A stretch of DNA of 49,350 bases from sequence record DRR378314_99. One strand, 5' to 3'. Both the position numbers and the translations under genes were made by a program. The notes under the pieces were generated by a model. The model was not told the DNA's origin. It ran no database searches and saw only the letters and a program-made list of their open reading frames with translations. The first letter of the stretch is position 1. Each line of letters opens with the position of its first letter. This document shows positions 1 to 9,761 of the stretch, piece by piece.

Positions 1-333
1 GATGCGCTACTTCAACAGCGTTGTTTAAGCTTTTGTGGGTACGGTGCTCCGCATCCAGTGCCAATGCTTTTTGCCTCGGATCGTGATCACCACTTCGTCC
101 AGATGCCACTTGTCATTTGGGCGCGGACGCAATCTCCGAAGTGTTGGCCAAAGCGATTGATCCCGAGCCGGATTGCTACTCGGCTGACAATCACACCCCG
201 CTGCGCCAGACAGTCCTCGACGTTAGCTGTGCTCATAGCGAAACGATGGGAGGGGATGCTCAAACTGCATAAGCAATGATCTCGCGGGATAACAGAAGCC
301 TTAAAGGCAAGGCATTTTGGTAGCGAATTTCAT
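1..333 (-). pseudogene. IS6-family transposase remnant (stops, frameshifts, internal deletion)
   Basis: Manual minus-strand translation from ATG at 333 gives MKFATKMPCL*GFCYP..EIIAYAV*A..HRFAMSTANVEDCLAQRGVIVSRVAIRLGINRFGQHFGDC, then RPNDKWHLDEVVITIRGKKHW, then directly EHRTHKSLNNAVEVAH. These are IS6 transposase motifs with the middle of the DDE domain missing. Confidence 0.85.
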
Positions 334-350
334 GATCTGGGGATAGCGCG

Positions 351-638
351 GTCAAACCCAGGATTACGCAGTTCTTCCTAAATCCGGACTAGCGTTAGGC
401 GTATGCGTTTGAGGTACCGTGCATTTTCGGCCAGAATCTCATCCAGTTGAGATCGCCAGGGTTCAATCTTGGGATGGGGCTGGGTGGATCGGTCATAGCT
501 GAACTCCGTCGCACTGGAACGCTACACTTTGCGCACTGTGTTCCGCAATACCCGAAACTCGCGGCATATCTGCTTTGTTGACTTGCCCTGGACAAAATGC
601 GCCTGCCTGATCTTCGCAGTCGCTTCCACGACCAACAT
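351..638 (-). pseudogene. istA: IS21-family IstA transposase N-terminal remnant
   Basis: Minus-strand translation from ATG 638: MLVVEATAKIRQAHFVQGKSTKQICREFRVLRNTVRKV*RSSATEFSYDRSTQPHPKIEPWRSQLDEILAENARYLKRIRLTLVRI*EELRNPGFD. This is a typical IstA HTH N-terminus with two in-frame stops, truncated at about 351. Confidence 0.85.
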
Positions 639-691
639 CCCAAACTCGCCCCCTCAATCCCTGGAAGGAGCATCTGAACAGCAATATCAGA

Positions 692-750
692 GGGGTCACC
701 CTTGGACGCCGATTATCCCAAAATAGGGGTCAACCTTGCACGCCTATCTA
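692..750 (-). mobile_element. IS21-type left end with two tandem transposase-binding repeats
   Basis: GGGGTCACCCTTGGACGCC (692-710) and GGGGTCAACCTTGCACGCC (726-744) are 17/19 identical direct repeats just upstream of the istA remnant. Multiple terminal repeats are characteristic of IS21 ends. Confidence 0.7.
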
Positions 751-752
751 TC

Positions 753-1598
753 TCACGCGACCGATGTTGGGATCGCTGCGATGTCCTTTAGAACCTCGAT
801 CGTTGCCGCCTTGATAGGATCGTGAACTTCTTTTAGGATCGACACACGGTCAAATCGATCTGGATGGCTATTGACTGACTCACGCAATGCGTCGCCAAAG
901 ACCATGCGTAGTTCGGTTCCGATGTTGAACTTGCAGATTTTTGACCCTTGCGATAGAGCGCGCCGCTGTGCCACAGGCACGCCAGAACCGCCGTGGATTA
1001 CCAGAGGCACTTCGGTCACGGCTTCGATCGCGCGGATGCGGTCTTCGTCAAGACCGCCTTCTTTGTCCCGCTGCAAATGCACATTGCCAACGGATATCGC
1101 CATTGCGTCCACTCCGGTCTCGCGGGCAAACTGTTCAGCCTCAGCGGGGTCGGTCCCGGTCGAGTTTTCGCCGGCAGCATAGCCGACAAATCCGATCTCT
1201 CCTTCGCAGGAAATACCGGCGGCATGGGCCATTTCGGCAATTGTGGCGGACTCATCGATGTTTTGCTGCAGGGGTTTGCGTGATCCGTCGAACATCAGCG
1301 AGGTAAAGCCACTGTCGAGCGCCTCTTTGCATTCGTCAAAGGTGTAGCCATGATCCAGATGCGCCACGACCGGGACGCTGGCATGTTCTGCCAGATGGCG
1401 GAACATCTTGCCGAGAACTGGCAGGGGGGTATGCGCACGACAGCCTGGCCCGGCCTGAAGGATCACCGGGACATTCAGTTCCTCGGCGGCGGCCACATAT
1501 GCGCACATGTCTTCCCAGCCCAAGGTCACGAGACCGGCAACAGCGTAATTGTCCTTCAGCGCGGGCTGAAGGACGTCTTTCAATGTCACTAGTGTCAT
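753..1598 (-). CDS. Class II fructose-bisphosphate aldolase family protein (probable IolJ-type 2-deoxy-5-keto-gluconate-6-phosphate aldolase)
   Basis: Motifs HLDHG, MFDGS, EGEIG, GNVH, IHGGSG and KFNIGT. Last gene of the iolD-iolC-iolB operon, with a 4 bp overlap with iolB. Confidence 0.88.
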   Translation of the reverse strand: MTLVTLKDVLQPALKDNYAVAGLVTLGWEDMCAYVAAAEELNVPVILQAGPGCRAHTPLPVLGKMFRHLAEHASVPVVAHLDHGYTFDECKEALDSGFTSLMFDGSRKPLQQNIDESATIAEMAHAAGISCEGEIGFVGYAAGENSTGTDPAEAEQFARETGVDAMAISVGNVHLQRDKEGGLDEDRIRAIEAVTEVPLVIHGGSGVPVAQRRALSQGSKICKFNIGTELRMVFGDALRESVNSHPDRFDRVSILKEVHDPIKAATIEVLKDIAAIPTSVA

Positions 1599-2437
1599 TT
1601 GAACTTTGCCACCATGTCTTTGATGCCGGGGATCGTCTCGACCTGATACTCGTGGGTCGGCTGAAAGAACTGCTTGAGCGACCGTTGGCTCAGACCACCA
1701 AGGATGGTGAAATAATACATTTCATAGCCTGGTAGCACGGCACAGGGATGGTAGCCATTGTCAATACAGATCGTTGAGCCATCAACAATATGATAGGCGT
1801 CACCCGGTTCATTATCAACACGTTGCAGCATTTGCATCCCCGAGCCGTGGTTCGGCTTGAAGCGGAAGTTGTAAGTCTCGTCATGGCGGGTCTCAAGCGG
1901 CAGACGATCAGTGTCGTGCTTGTGGCTGGGGAAACCCGACCAGCCGCCAGTGCCTACGGTAAACAGCTCGCTCACCAGCAGACGGCCAACTTTGTCGTGT
2001 TGTTTCTGACCAAGTATGTGTTTGATTTTACGGTGGGTTTTAGTGTCATCCGAGCCGTATTGCACCAAGTCGATGCTTTCTGCGCGCACGTCAAACGGAT
2101 CCAGAACCTTGTCATACTTTGCACCAGCGACAAACACTTCGGCGGTGTCGGACACGCAGACCATGGTTGCCTTGGCGCCAACAGGCACGTAAACGCCTTC
2201 GGGCTCACCGTCCCATACATCAACGCAGCGATTGCCAAGGGCGGCAAAGGCCACGCCTTCGACATCCACATCAACTGAACCGATGGCTGGGGCGATGCAG
2301 GTTTCAAACCCCGGCAGCTGATACTCGAACGCTTCGCCTTTTTTCAGTTTGACGATGTTGAAGTAGTTCAGTGGGACAGTGGTGTTGCCCACGTCCACGA
2401 TGGGTTTGTTCTGGTTGTCAAACGGCGCAATATGCAT
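1595..2437 (-). CDS. iolB: 5-deoxy-glucuronate isomerase
   Basis: KduI/IolB motifs GGWSGFPSHKHD, HDETYNFRF and GYHP; position in the iol operon. Confidence 0.9.
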   Translation of the reverse strand: MHIAPFDNQNKPIVDVGNTTVPLNYFNIVKLKKGEAFEYQLPGFETCIAPAIGSVDVDVEGVAFAALGNRCVDVWDGEPEGVYVPVGAKATMVCVSDTAEVFVAGAKYDKVLDPFDVRAESIDLVQYGSDDTKTHRKIKHILGQKQHDKVGRLLVSELFTVGTGGWSGFPSHKHDTDRLPLETRHDETYNFRFKPNHGSGMQMLQRVDNEPGDAYHIVDGSTICIDNGYHPCAVLPGYEMYYFTILGGLSQRSLKQFFQPTHEYQVETIPGIKDMVAKFK

Positions 2438-2448
2438 GTCGGCTCCTA

Positions 2449-3426
2449 TTAAATTTCTGTCGGGCCGGGATGCGAGGACAGGAATTCCTCAAGCTCGGCG
2501 GTATTGGGCATTGCGGGCGCGCAGCCGGGTTTGGCCACGACGATGGACGCGCAGGCAGAACCGCGCAGGATGGATTCGCGCATCGGGCGGCCATCGGCAA
2601 GCGATGACATGAAACCGGCCAAAAAACTGTCTCCTGCACCGGTCGGTTTGACGGCGGTGACGGGAAATATACCTGTGGGGATTTCTTCGCCATTGGCAAA
2701 GGTTATGGCGCCCTTGGGGCCTTTTTTGTAAACCACGATTGTTGCGCTGGTATTTGCCAACCTGCGCGCATGATCCAGACCTTTGGCGATGTTTCCGGCC
2801 ATGAAACCGAACTCTTCGTCATTGCCAACAATCACGTCAGACATGGCGCCGGCGCGCGACAGCACATCGGCGGCCACTTCGGGCGAGGGCCAGCTATAGG
2901 GGCGATAATCCACGTCAAAGATGATCGGTAGACCAGCATCGCGGGCCAGTTCAAAGGCACGGAAGGCCGCGGAGCGTGAGGGTTCGGCAGCAAAGACGGT
3001 GCCCGCGGTGATAAGCGCGCCATAATGGCTGTAATTCACCGTTTCGACGTCTTCGGTGGTCATTTGGAAATCTGCCGCGTTGTTGCGATAAATCACCGAC
3101 TGGTGCTCTTCCACGCGGGTTTCATAGATCGCCAGCGAGGTCCGGTATTCCCCGGTAATTTTCTTCACATGGGTACGATCCACGCCGTAGGCGTCTAACT
3201 GGTTTAGACAATACCAGCCAATCGCGTCATCCGACACCGACGTGACCAGCGCGGCTTTGCAGCCGAACTTGCAAAGGCCAGCGGCAATATTGGCCGAAGA
3301 GCCACCCATTGCCACCATCATGTTGTCCGCATGTTCGGTGCGCACATCAGCCGGTGTGGGGGTCAGGTCCATTCCGACACGCCCCACCACGACAAAGTTC
3401 TTTTTTGCGATCTCTTCGAGAACCAT
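2449..3426 (-). CDS. iolC: 5-dehydro-2-deoxygluconokinase (PfkB family)
   Basis: Motifs GRVGMDL, GGSSANIAAG, DVDYRPYSW and TGAGDSF. Start placed at ATG 3426, which overlaps the iolD stop (ATGA). Confidence 0.9.
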   Translation of the reverse strand: MVLEEIAKKNFVVVGRVGMDLTPTPADVRTEHADNMMVAMGGSSANIAAGLCKFGCKAALVTSVSDDAIGWYCLNQLDAYGVDRTHVKKITGEYRTSLAIYETRVEEHQSVIYRNNAADFQMTTEDVETVNYSHYGALITAGTVFAAEPSRSAAFRAFELARDAGLPIIFDVDYRPYSWPSPEVAADVLSRAGAMSDVIVGNDEEFGFMAGNIAKGLDHARRLANTSATIVVYKKGPKGAITFANGEEIPTGIFPVTAVKPTGAGDSFLAGFMSSLADGRPMRESILRGSACASIVVAKPGCAPAMPNTAELEEFLSSHPGPTEI

Positions 3427-5297
3427 CAGACGCCCTTTCGTTGCTTGGGACGTTCGGATTCCCATTCGATATGGGCCGCGCGTACGTTTTCATCATCGGT
3501 GACATGCGGGGTGCCGCATTCCCACCATGTGTGACCTTCGGTGGTCCAGCCCTCATAAGCGTCTACCTGCATGCAGATCACATAAGTCTTGTCCGAGGCT
3601 TTGGCACGCTTGAACGCCTCGCCCAGCTCTGCCGGGTTGGAGGCGGTTTCCGCGATGGCACCCTGCGCACTGGCGTGGGCCTCAAAGTTCACGGCAAAGG
3701 GTTTGGGCACGGTAGGGCAATCGGCGATCAGGTTATTGAAGCTTTCATTGCCGGTGTTGTTCTGTAGCTTGTTGATGACTGCAAAACCGCCGTTGTCCAG
3801 CACTAGAATAATCAGTTTCTTCTGGCTGAGCACTGACGAATAGATGTCCGAGTTCAGCATCATATAAGAGCCGTCCCCGACGAACACGATGGTGTCCCGA
3901 TCCGGTTCCTGCTGGGCCTGCGCTATGCGGGCACCCCAGGCGCCGGCGATCTCATAGCCCATGCAGGAGAAACCGAACTCCACATCTACGGTGCCGATAT
4001 CCAGCGTGCGCCAGTTGGCGGTGACTTCGGCGGGCAGGCCGCCAGCTGCGGCAACCACGCGGTCACGCGGGTCACACAATTCATTCACAACACCAATGGC
4101 TTGCGCATAAGAATTTGGGCGGTTGCCCGGCTTCACATTCTCGGACACATATGCATCCCAGTCGGTTCGGTGGCCTCTGGAATCTTCTACCCAAGATGAG
4201 GGTCCTGCATAGCTCTCAGCAGCGCTTGTCAGAGCGGTCAGCGACAGTTTAGCGTCGCCAACAACCGGCAGGGACATGTGCTTGCCTGCGTCATGACGGG
4301 CGGCGTTGACCGAGATGAACTTGGCCTCTTTGGAGAACGCCGTCCACGACCCGGTGGTAAAATCCTGCAGGCGTGTGCCCACAGCGACGATCACGTCGGC
4401 TTGTTCGGCAATGGCGTTGGCTGAGTTTGAGCCAGTCACGCCGATCGGGCCAATGTTCAATGGGTGGGTTGCGACCAAATTGGCGCGTCCTGCGATGGTT
4501 TCGACAACTGGAATCTGGTGGGTTTCGGCAAAGGCGGTCAGCTCGGTTACGGCACGGGAATACTGCACTCCACCCCCGGCGATAATCATCGGTTTTTTGG
4601 CGGTTTTCAGCAGGGCCACGGCATCGGAAATCTCTGCCTCGTCCGGGGCCTGACGGCGAATACGATGCACTTTTCTTTCAAACCAGATCGCCGGGTAGTC
4701 ATAGGTCCAGCCCTGCACATCCTGCGGCAGACCGATAAAAGCCGGGCCGCAATCGGCGGGGTCCAGCATAGTGGCCAGTGCATTAGGCAATGACTGAATG
4801 ATCTGAGCGGGATGCGTGATACGGTCCCAATAGCGTACAACCGGCTTGAACGCGTCGTTCACGCCAAAGGTCGGGTCGCCGAAATTCTCCATTTGTTGCA
4901 GCACAGGATCGGGCAGGCGGGTGACATAGGCATCACCACACAACAACAGCATCGGCAGTCGGTTGGCATGGGCCAGAGCGGCGCTGGTAATCAAGTTCGA
5001 TGTGCCGGGGCCTGCGCTGGCGGTGCAGAACATAAAACGCTGGCGCAGCCATTGCTTGCCATATCCGGCAGCGGCAAATCCCATGCTCTGTTCGTTCTGA
5101 CCACGATAAAGAGGCAGCTCTTCGCGGTGGGTGTGCAGCGCCTCGCCCAGACAGGTCACGTTACCATGGCCAAAAATGCCGAAACCGCCACCGCATACGC
5201 GCATCTCGTTGCCATCAATCTCGATGAACTGGTTTGAAAGCCAGCGAATAATGGCCTGTGCCGTCGTCAGCCGGATTGTTTCGTCTGCCATGCTCAT
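3426..5297 (-). CDS. iolD: 3D-(3,5/4)-trihydroxycyclohexane-1,2-dione acylhydrolase (ThDP-dependent), copy 1
   Basis: Motifs TIRLTTAQA, GIFGHGNV, GQNEQSM, EFGFSCMGYEI and the ThDP motif GDGSYMM. True start about 5297 (AGGA upstream); the ORF-track extension to 5987 overlaps the divergent gene. Confidence 0.93.
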   Translation of the reverse strand: MSMADETIRLTTAQAIIRWLSNQFIEIDGNEMRVCGGGFGIFGHGNVTCLGEALHTHREELPLYRGQNEQSMGFAAAGYGKQWLRQRFMFCTASAGPGTSNLITSAALAHANRLPMLLLCGDAYVTRLPDPVLQQMENFGDPTFGVNDAFKPVVRYWDRITHPAQIIQSLPNALATMLDPADCGPAFIGLPQDVQGWTYDYPAIWFERKVHRIRRQAPDEAEISDAVALLKTAKKPMIIAGGGVQYSRAVTELTAFAETHQIPVVETIAGRANLVATHPLNIGPIGVTGSNSANAIAEQADVIVAVGTRLQDFTTGSWTAFSKEAKFISVNAARHDAGKHMSLPVVGDAKLSLTALTSAAESYAGPSSWVEDSRGHRTDWDAYVSENVKPGNRPNSYAQAIGVVNELCDPRDRVVAAAGGLPAEVTANWRTLDIGTVDVEFGFSCMGYEIAGAWGARIAQAQQEPDRDTIVFVGDGSYMMLNSDIYSSVLSQKKLIILVLDNGGFAVINKLQNNTGNESFNNLIADCPTVPKPFAVNFEAHASAQGAIAETASNPAELGEAFKRAKASDKTYVICMQVDAYEGWTTEGHTWWECGTPHVTDDENVRAAHIEWESERPKQRKGV

Positions 5298-5375
5298 ACT
5301 AGAGGGTCCTCTTAGGAAAAATGTGGTTGCGACCGTATTGAAGCTTGCGGGTTCTCGAATCCGACGATACAAGTT

Positions 5376-5391
5376 TTGCAACCGGTTGCAA
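5376..5391. promoter_or_regulatory. Perfect palindrome TTGCAACCGGTTGCAA, probable LacI-family operator in the divergent iolD/dehydrogenase promoter
   Basis: 16 bp perfect inverted repeat with central CG. The same core recurs at 14949-14964, and a LacI gene lies in the cluster. Confidence 0.8.
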
Positions 5392-5417
5392 GCACAATAA
5401 TCCACGGGGTTTGAACT

Positions 5418-6521
5418 ATGACGTCTATCGGCATTGGCATCGTTGGCGGAGGCTATATGGGCAAGGCACATGCTGTTGCCATGTCCTGCGTTGGCGCCAT
5501 TTTCAACACGGCATTGCGCCCCCGGCTGGAAATGGTTTGCGCCAGGAATTCCACCAGTGCGGAAAATTACAGGAAGGCCTATGGGTTTACCCGTGCCACG
5601 GATGACTGGCAGGTGCTGGTCAATGATCCAAAGGTCGAAGCCATTGTTATTGCCTCGCCTCAGGATACCCACCGCGGCATTGCCGAGGCCGCCTTTGCCT
5701 TGGGCAAACCGGTGTTGTGTGAAAAGCCGCTTGCCGACAGCATTGAAGATGCGCGCGCCATGGTGGCTGCGGCCGAAAAAGCCAATGTTATCAACATGAC
5801 CGGGTTCAACTATATTCGCGCGCCTGCCAGCCAATATGCCCGCCAGTTGCTGGCTAATGGCGCCATTGGTGATGTCACGTGGTTCCGGGGCGAACATTCC
5901 GAAGACTTTCTGTCTAACCCGGACGAGCCGTTCAACTGGCGTTGCGAGAGTGTTGCAAACGGCAATATGGGCGATCTGGCACCGCACCCGATCAATGCCG
6001 CCCTTGCCCTAGTGGGGCCGATCGAAAAAGTTCTGGCTGATGTGGAAACCGTACACGGCGAACGCCCTGGTGGCAAAGTGACAAATGATGACCACGCTCA
6101 GATCATGTGCCGGTTCGCCAATGGGGTGATGGGTCACATTTATTCCAGCCGGGTCGCGACGGGCCGCAAGATGGGCTATGCCTATGAAATCCACGGCACC
6201 AAAGGTTCGATCCGCTTTGATCAAGAAGATCAGAACGCCATCTGGTTTTACCGCGCCGAGGGCCCCGAGGCCGAGCGCGGATTCCGCAAAATTCTGACCG
6301 GTCCTGCACACCCGGATTTTGAACCCTTCTGTCAGGGTGCCGGGCATGGGACAGGTTATCAGGATACCATCATAATCGAAGCCAAGGATTTCCTGACGGC
6401 CATTGCGACCGGGCAGGCTGTTTGGCCAACGTTCCGCGATGGATTGGCCGTGGCAGAGGTGGTTGACGCAGTTTTGACATCTTCGCGTGACGGGCAGTGG
6501 ACCCCGGTCGCGCAGGTCTGA
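5418..6521 (+). CDS. Gfo/Idh/MocA oxidoreductase, inositol (possibly scyllo-inositol) dehydrogenase-like
   Basis: Rossmann motif GGGYMG, CEKP, GDLAPH and C-terminal GFRKILTGPAHP..FCQGAGHG; inositol gene context. Confidence 0.85.
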   Translation: MTSIGIGIVGGGYMGKAHAVAMSCVGAIFNTALRPRLEMVCARNSTSAENYRKAYGFTRATDDWQVLVNDPKVEAIVIASPQDTHRGIAEAAFALGKPVLCEKPLADSIEDARAMVAAAEKANVINMTGFNYIRAPASQYARQLLANGAIGDVTWFRGEHSEDFLSNPDEPFNWRCESVANGNMGDLAPHPINAALALVGPIEKVLADVETVHGERPGGKVTNDDHAQIMCRFANGVMGHIYSSRVATGRKMGYAYEIHGTKGSIRFDQEDQNAIWFYRAEGPEAERGFRKILTGPAHPDFEPFCQGAGHGTGYQDTIIIEAKDFLTAIATGQAVWPTFRDGLAVAEVVDAVLTSSRDGQWTPVAQV

Positions 6522-6531
6522 GGAGACATAC

Positions 6532-7425
6532 ATGACCATTCGAATTGGCAATGCGCCCTGTTCCTGGGGCGTTGAGTTTGCGGACGACGATCGAAATCCA
6601 ACCTGGCAAACCGTTCTGAAGGAATGTGCTCAAGCGGGCTATAAGGGCATTGAGCTTGGTCCCGTCGGGTTCATGCCTGAGGATCCGGAGCAACTGGCCG
6701 ACAGTCTTGCGGAGAACGATCTGGAACTGATCGGCGGCGTTGTGTTCCGCCCTTTCCACGATCCTGCCGCTTGGGATGAGGTGATGGACGGAGCCGTGCG
6801 GACTTGTAAGGCACTCAAAGCTTGCGGCGCTAGGCATTTTGTGCTGATCGACAGCATCTCGCCCTGTCGCGCCCCAACCGCCGGTCGTGCCAATGAGGCA
6901 GCGAAAATGGACAAGGCCGAATGGGAAGCGTATCGCGACCGCATCGTGACCATCGCCAAGATGGGCGCCGAAGAATACGGGTTGATCCCCGAGCTGCACC
7001 CCCATGCAGGGGGTTTCATGGATTTCGAACCCGAAGTTGAGCGTATCTTGTCCGAAGTGGATGCTGACACGCTGAAGCTTTGTATAGATACCGGTCACTG
7101 CACCTATGCGGGTTTTGATCCCGTGGCGTTTATGGAGCGCCACGTGGACCGGATCACCTATGTGCACTTCAAAACCACCGACGCCAAAGTGAAAGAAGAA
7201 ACCATCGCCAATCGCACCGGGTTTTATGATGCCTGCGGTAACGGCATCTTCTGTAATCTGTCTGACGGTGAGGTTGATTTCCCTGCCGTGCGCCAACTGC
7301 TGTTGGATGCTAAGTTCGAAGGATGGTGTACCGTTGAACAGGATTGCGACCCACTTAGGGATCCTGATCCATTAAGGGATGCGACAGTGAACCGAGAATA
7401 TCTTGAATCCATTGGCTTTAACTAA
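6532..7425 (+). CDS. IolE/MocC-like inosose dehydratase (xylose-isomerase-like TIM barrel)
   Basis: Motifs IGNAPCSWGV, IELGP, HPHAG, DTGH, VHFK and VEQD. AGGAG RBS precedes ATG 6532. Confidence 0.82.
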   Translation: MTIRIGNAPCSWGVEFADDDRNPTWQTVLKECAQAGYKGIELGPVGFMPEDPEQLADSLAENDLELIGGVVFRPFHDPAAWDEVMDGAVRTCKALKACGARHFVLIDSISPCRAPTAGRANEAAKMDKAEWEAYRDRIVTIAKMGAEEYGLIPELHPHAGGFMDFEPEVERILSEVDADTLKLCIDTGHCTYAGFDPVAFMERHVDRITYVHFKTTDAKVKEETIANRTGFYDACGNGIFCNLSDGEVDFPAVRQLLLDAKFEGWCTVEQDCDPLRDPDPLRDATVNREYLESIGFN

Positions 7426-7436
7426 GGAATAACGCC

Positions 7437-8594
7437 ATGACCAAGTTGAAATGGGGCATGATCGGCGGCGGTGAAGGCAGCCAGATCGGACCGGCACATC
7501 GTTTGGGCTCGGGCCTCGACGGGTTGTTTGAATTTACTGCTGGCGCACTGGATCACCGTCCCGCAGAGGGTCGTGAGTATGGTCAGCGTCTGGGGCTGGC
7601 AGCAGATCGCGCCTATGGAAACTGGCGCGAAATGTTGGAAGGTGAAAAGCGACGTGATGACCGGATTGATCTGGTCACAGTCGCAACCCCCAACGCGACG
7701 CATTTCGAGATCACCAAGGCGTTTCTTGAGGCTGGGTTCAATGTGCTGTGCGAAAAGCCGATGACCATGACCGTGGAAGAGGGCGAAGAGATTGTGAATA
7801 TCTCTGAGGCCACCAGGTCATTGTGTGCAGTGAACTATGGCTATTCCGGTTATTCGCTGGTGCGCCACATGAAGGCGATGATTGCGCGCGGTGATCTGGG
7901 TGCGATCCGTTTGGTCAAGGCTGAGTTTGCCCATGGCCACCACGCCGATGCTGCAGACGCCGACAATCCGCGCGTACGCTGGCGCTATGATCCGGCGCAG
8001 GCCGGGGTTTCAGCCACCTTCGCCGACTGCGGCATCCACGCAATGCATATGGCGTCGTTTGTAGTTGGGCAAGAAGTTGAGAAGCTGTCCGCCGATACCG
8101 TCTCTTGCATTACCTCCCGTGAGTTGGAAGATGACGCAATGATCAACTTCCGCATGGATGGCGGCACGGTTGGTCGGCTCTGGACCTCGTCCGTGGCGAT
8201 TGGTCGTCAGCATGGTCTGACGATTCAGGTGTTCGGCGAAAAGGGCGGGTTGCGGTGGGCACAGGAACAGCCCAACCAGATTTACTACATGCCGTTAAAC
8301 GGCCGCCTGCAGATGATTGAGCGCGGCGAAGGTGGCTTGTCGCCGGAAGCTGACCGCACTACCCGCGTCACTATCGGCCACGCGGAAGGCATGCCTCTGG
8401 CGTTCGCCAATATCTACAAGGATCTGGCCGAGGCAATCAGTGCCAAGAAAGAAGGGCGTGCCATGGACCCCGCCGCCGATCTTTATCCGCGTGCGGCGGA
8501 TGGTTTGCGTTCGATGGCGGCGGTGTTTGCTGTGGCTGAAAGTGGTAAGGCCGATGGGAAATGGGTTGACGCCCGCCCGCCGATGTTCCGCTAA
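7437..8594 (+). CDS. Gfo/Idh/MocA oxidoreductase
   Basis: Motifs GMIGGGEGSQIG, TPNATH, CEKP, WRYDP, DCGIH and GHAEG; AAGGA RBS. Confidence 0.87.
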   Translation: MTKLKWGMIGGGEGSQIGPAHRLGSGLDGLFEFTAGALDHRPAEGREYGQRLGLAADRAYGNWREMLEGEKRRDDRIDLVTVATPNATHFEITKAFLEAGFNVLCEKPMTMTVEEGEEIVNISEATRSLCAVNYGYSGYSLVRHMKAMIARGDLGAIRLVKAEFAHGHHADAADADNPRVRWRYDPAQAGVSATFADCGIHAMHMASFVVGQEVEKLSADTVSCITSRELEDDAMINFRMDGGTVGRLWTSSVAIGRQHGLTIQVFGEKGGLRWAQEQPNQIYYMPLNGRLQMIERGEGGLSPEADRTTRVTIGHAEGMPLAFANIYKDLAEAISAKKEGRAMDPAADLYPRAADGLRSMAAVFAVAESGKADGKWVDARPPMFR

Positions 8595-8620
8595 AGTCTT
8601 ACCAAACAGCGAGAAAATTA

Positions 8621-8650
8621 GAACCGGCGGTACATAGGTGCCTCCGGTTC
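8621..8650. terminator. Hairpin between convergent genes (probable bidirectional terminator)
   Basis: GAACCGGCGGTAC-ATAG-GTGCCTCCGGTTC stem with one mismatch and one G-U pair, between stop codons at 8594 and 8657. Confidence 0.55.
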
Positions 8651-8656
8651 GTTGTA

Positions 8657-9655
8657 TTACGGGCGTGGTTTCAGCGTGCTGCGTTCGACTACGATGCAGG
8701 GGAACATACGCACTTCCGGGTAGCGATTTGGATCTTCCAGCATCGACACCATCAGTTCAATTGAGGACTTGATCATTTGCTGGATTGGCTGACGAATGGT
8801 GGTCAGGTTGATATTGGCCCAACCTGCCATTTCCATATCGTTCAACCCGATCAACCCAATATCCTTCGGCACCGACTGGCCCGCGCCCTCAATCGCGCTC
8901 ATGGCACCGATGGCAATCACATCATCTCCGCAAAAATAGGCCTGAGCGGGTGTGTTACTCAGAATGGTTTGCATGGCTTTGCGCCCGGCCTCAAAGGTAT
9001 AGGCCTCGGCGTTGACGTGGCTCACCGAGATTCTCGGGTGGTGTGACATTTCCTCCATGAAGCCTGCATGGCGATCCTGGGTCGAGGTGGCGTCGGCGGG
9101 CCCACCTAGAAAACCTACGCTCGCATAGTCTCGGGCAATTAGTTCGCGGGCGGCGATACGGCCACATTCGACGTTGTCGATGCCCACCACATGTACCTGT
9201 GGCGTCCCCGATCCGCGTCCAAAACTGTGAACCACCGGTACGCCTGCATCGCGAAAGGCGCGCGCGAAATCCGGGGGCAGGGTGGATGAAGCTACAACCA
9301 CACCGTCGACGGAATACTGGCGCAGCATCTGCACCGATTTCTGGGGGTCGGTTTCGTCTGACAGGTTGACCAGAAGGGGGCGCAAACCACGGTCCTGCAA
9401 GCCGCGAGTGAACAGATCGAACACATTGAGGAAAACTGGGTTGTTGTAGTTGTCGGCCACAAGACCGATCAGCTTGGTGCGGCGGGTGGTCAGGCTGCGG
9501 GCCAGAAAGTTGGGACTATAGCCCAGTTCCTCTGCTGCCTTTTCGACCTTGCGCCGCATCTTGAGAGAGACCGAGGCACCATCAGTGAAAGTGCGCGATA
9601 CAGCCGAGCGAGACACGCCCGCGCGTTCTGCGACATCTTTCAGCGTCACATTCAA
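8657..9655 (-). CDS. LacI-family transcriptional regulator
   Basis: HTH TLKDVAERAGVSRSAVSR, hinge YSPNFLARSL and C-terminal LTTIRQP. Start placed at TTG 9655 behind a GAGGAG RBS. Confidence 0.92.
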   Translation of the reverse strand: MNVTLKDVAERAGVSRSAVSRTFTDGASVSLKMRRKVEKAAEELGYSPNFLARSLTTRRTKLIGLVADNYNNPVFLNVFDLFTRGLQDRGLRPLLVNLSDETDPQKSVQMLRQYSVDGVVVASSTLPPDFARAFRDAGVPVVHSFGRGSGTPQVHVVGIDNVECGRIAARELIARDYASVGFLGGPADATSTQDRHAGFMEEMSHHPRISVSHVNAEAYTFEAGRKAMQTILSNTPAQAYFCGDDVIAIGAMSAIEGAGQSVPKDIGLIGLNDMEMAGWANINLTTIRQPIQQMIKSSIELMVSMLEDPNRYPEVRMFPCIVVERSTLKPRP

Positions 9656-9761
9656 GGTCCGCTCTCCTCTGTTTTTGTTGCGACAGGTTGTCCCGCGCAA
9701 TCCTTTTCCTTGCGGCCATTATCCGCAAGAATAGTTCTTTGCAACCTTTCGGTCGACGGCG

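Noticed and set aside
58-279. 73 aa plus-strand ORF
   Set aside because: Antisense shadow of the IS6 transposase remnant.
5298-5987. Apparent 230 aa N-terminal extension making an 853 aa IolD fusion
   Set aside because: It overlaps the divergent dehydrogenase gene and the operator; IolD homology and the RBS start at about 5297.
6370-7296. 308 aa minus-strand ORF
   Set aside because: Antisense to the IolE-like gene, with no recognisable motifs; typical shadow ORF of GC-rich DNA.
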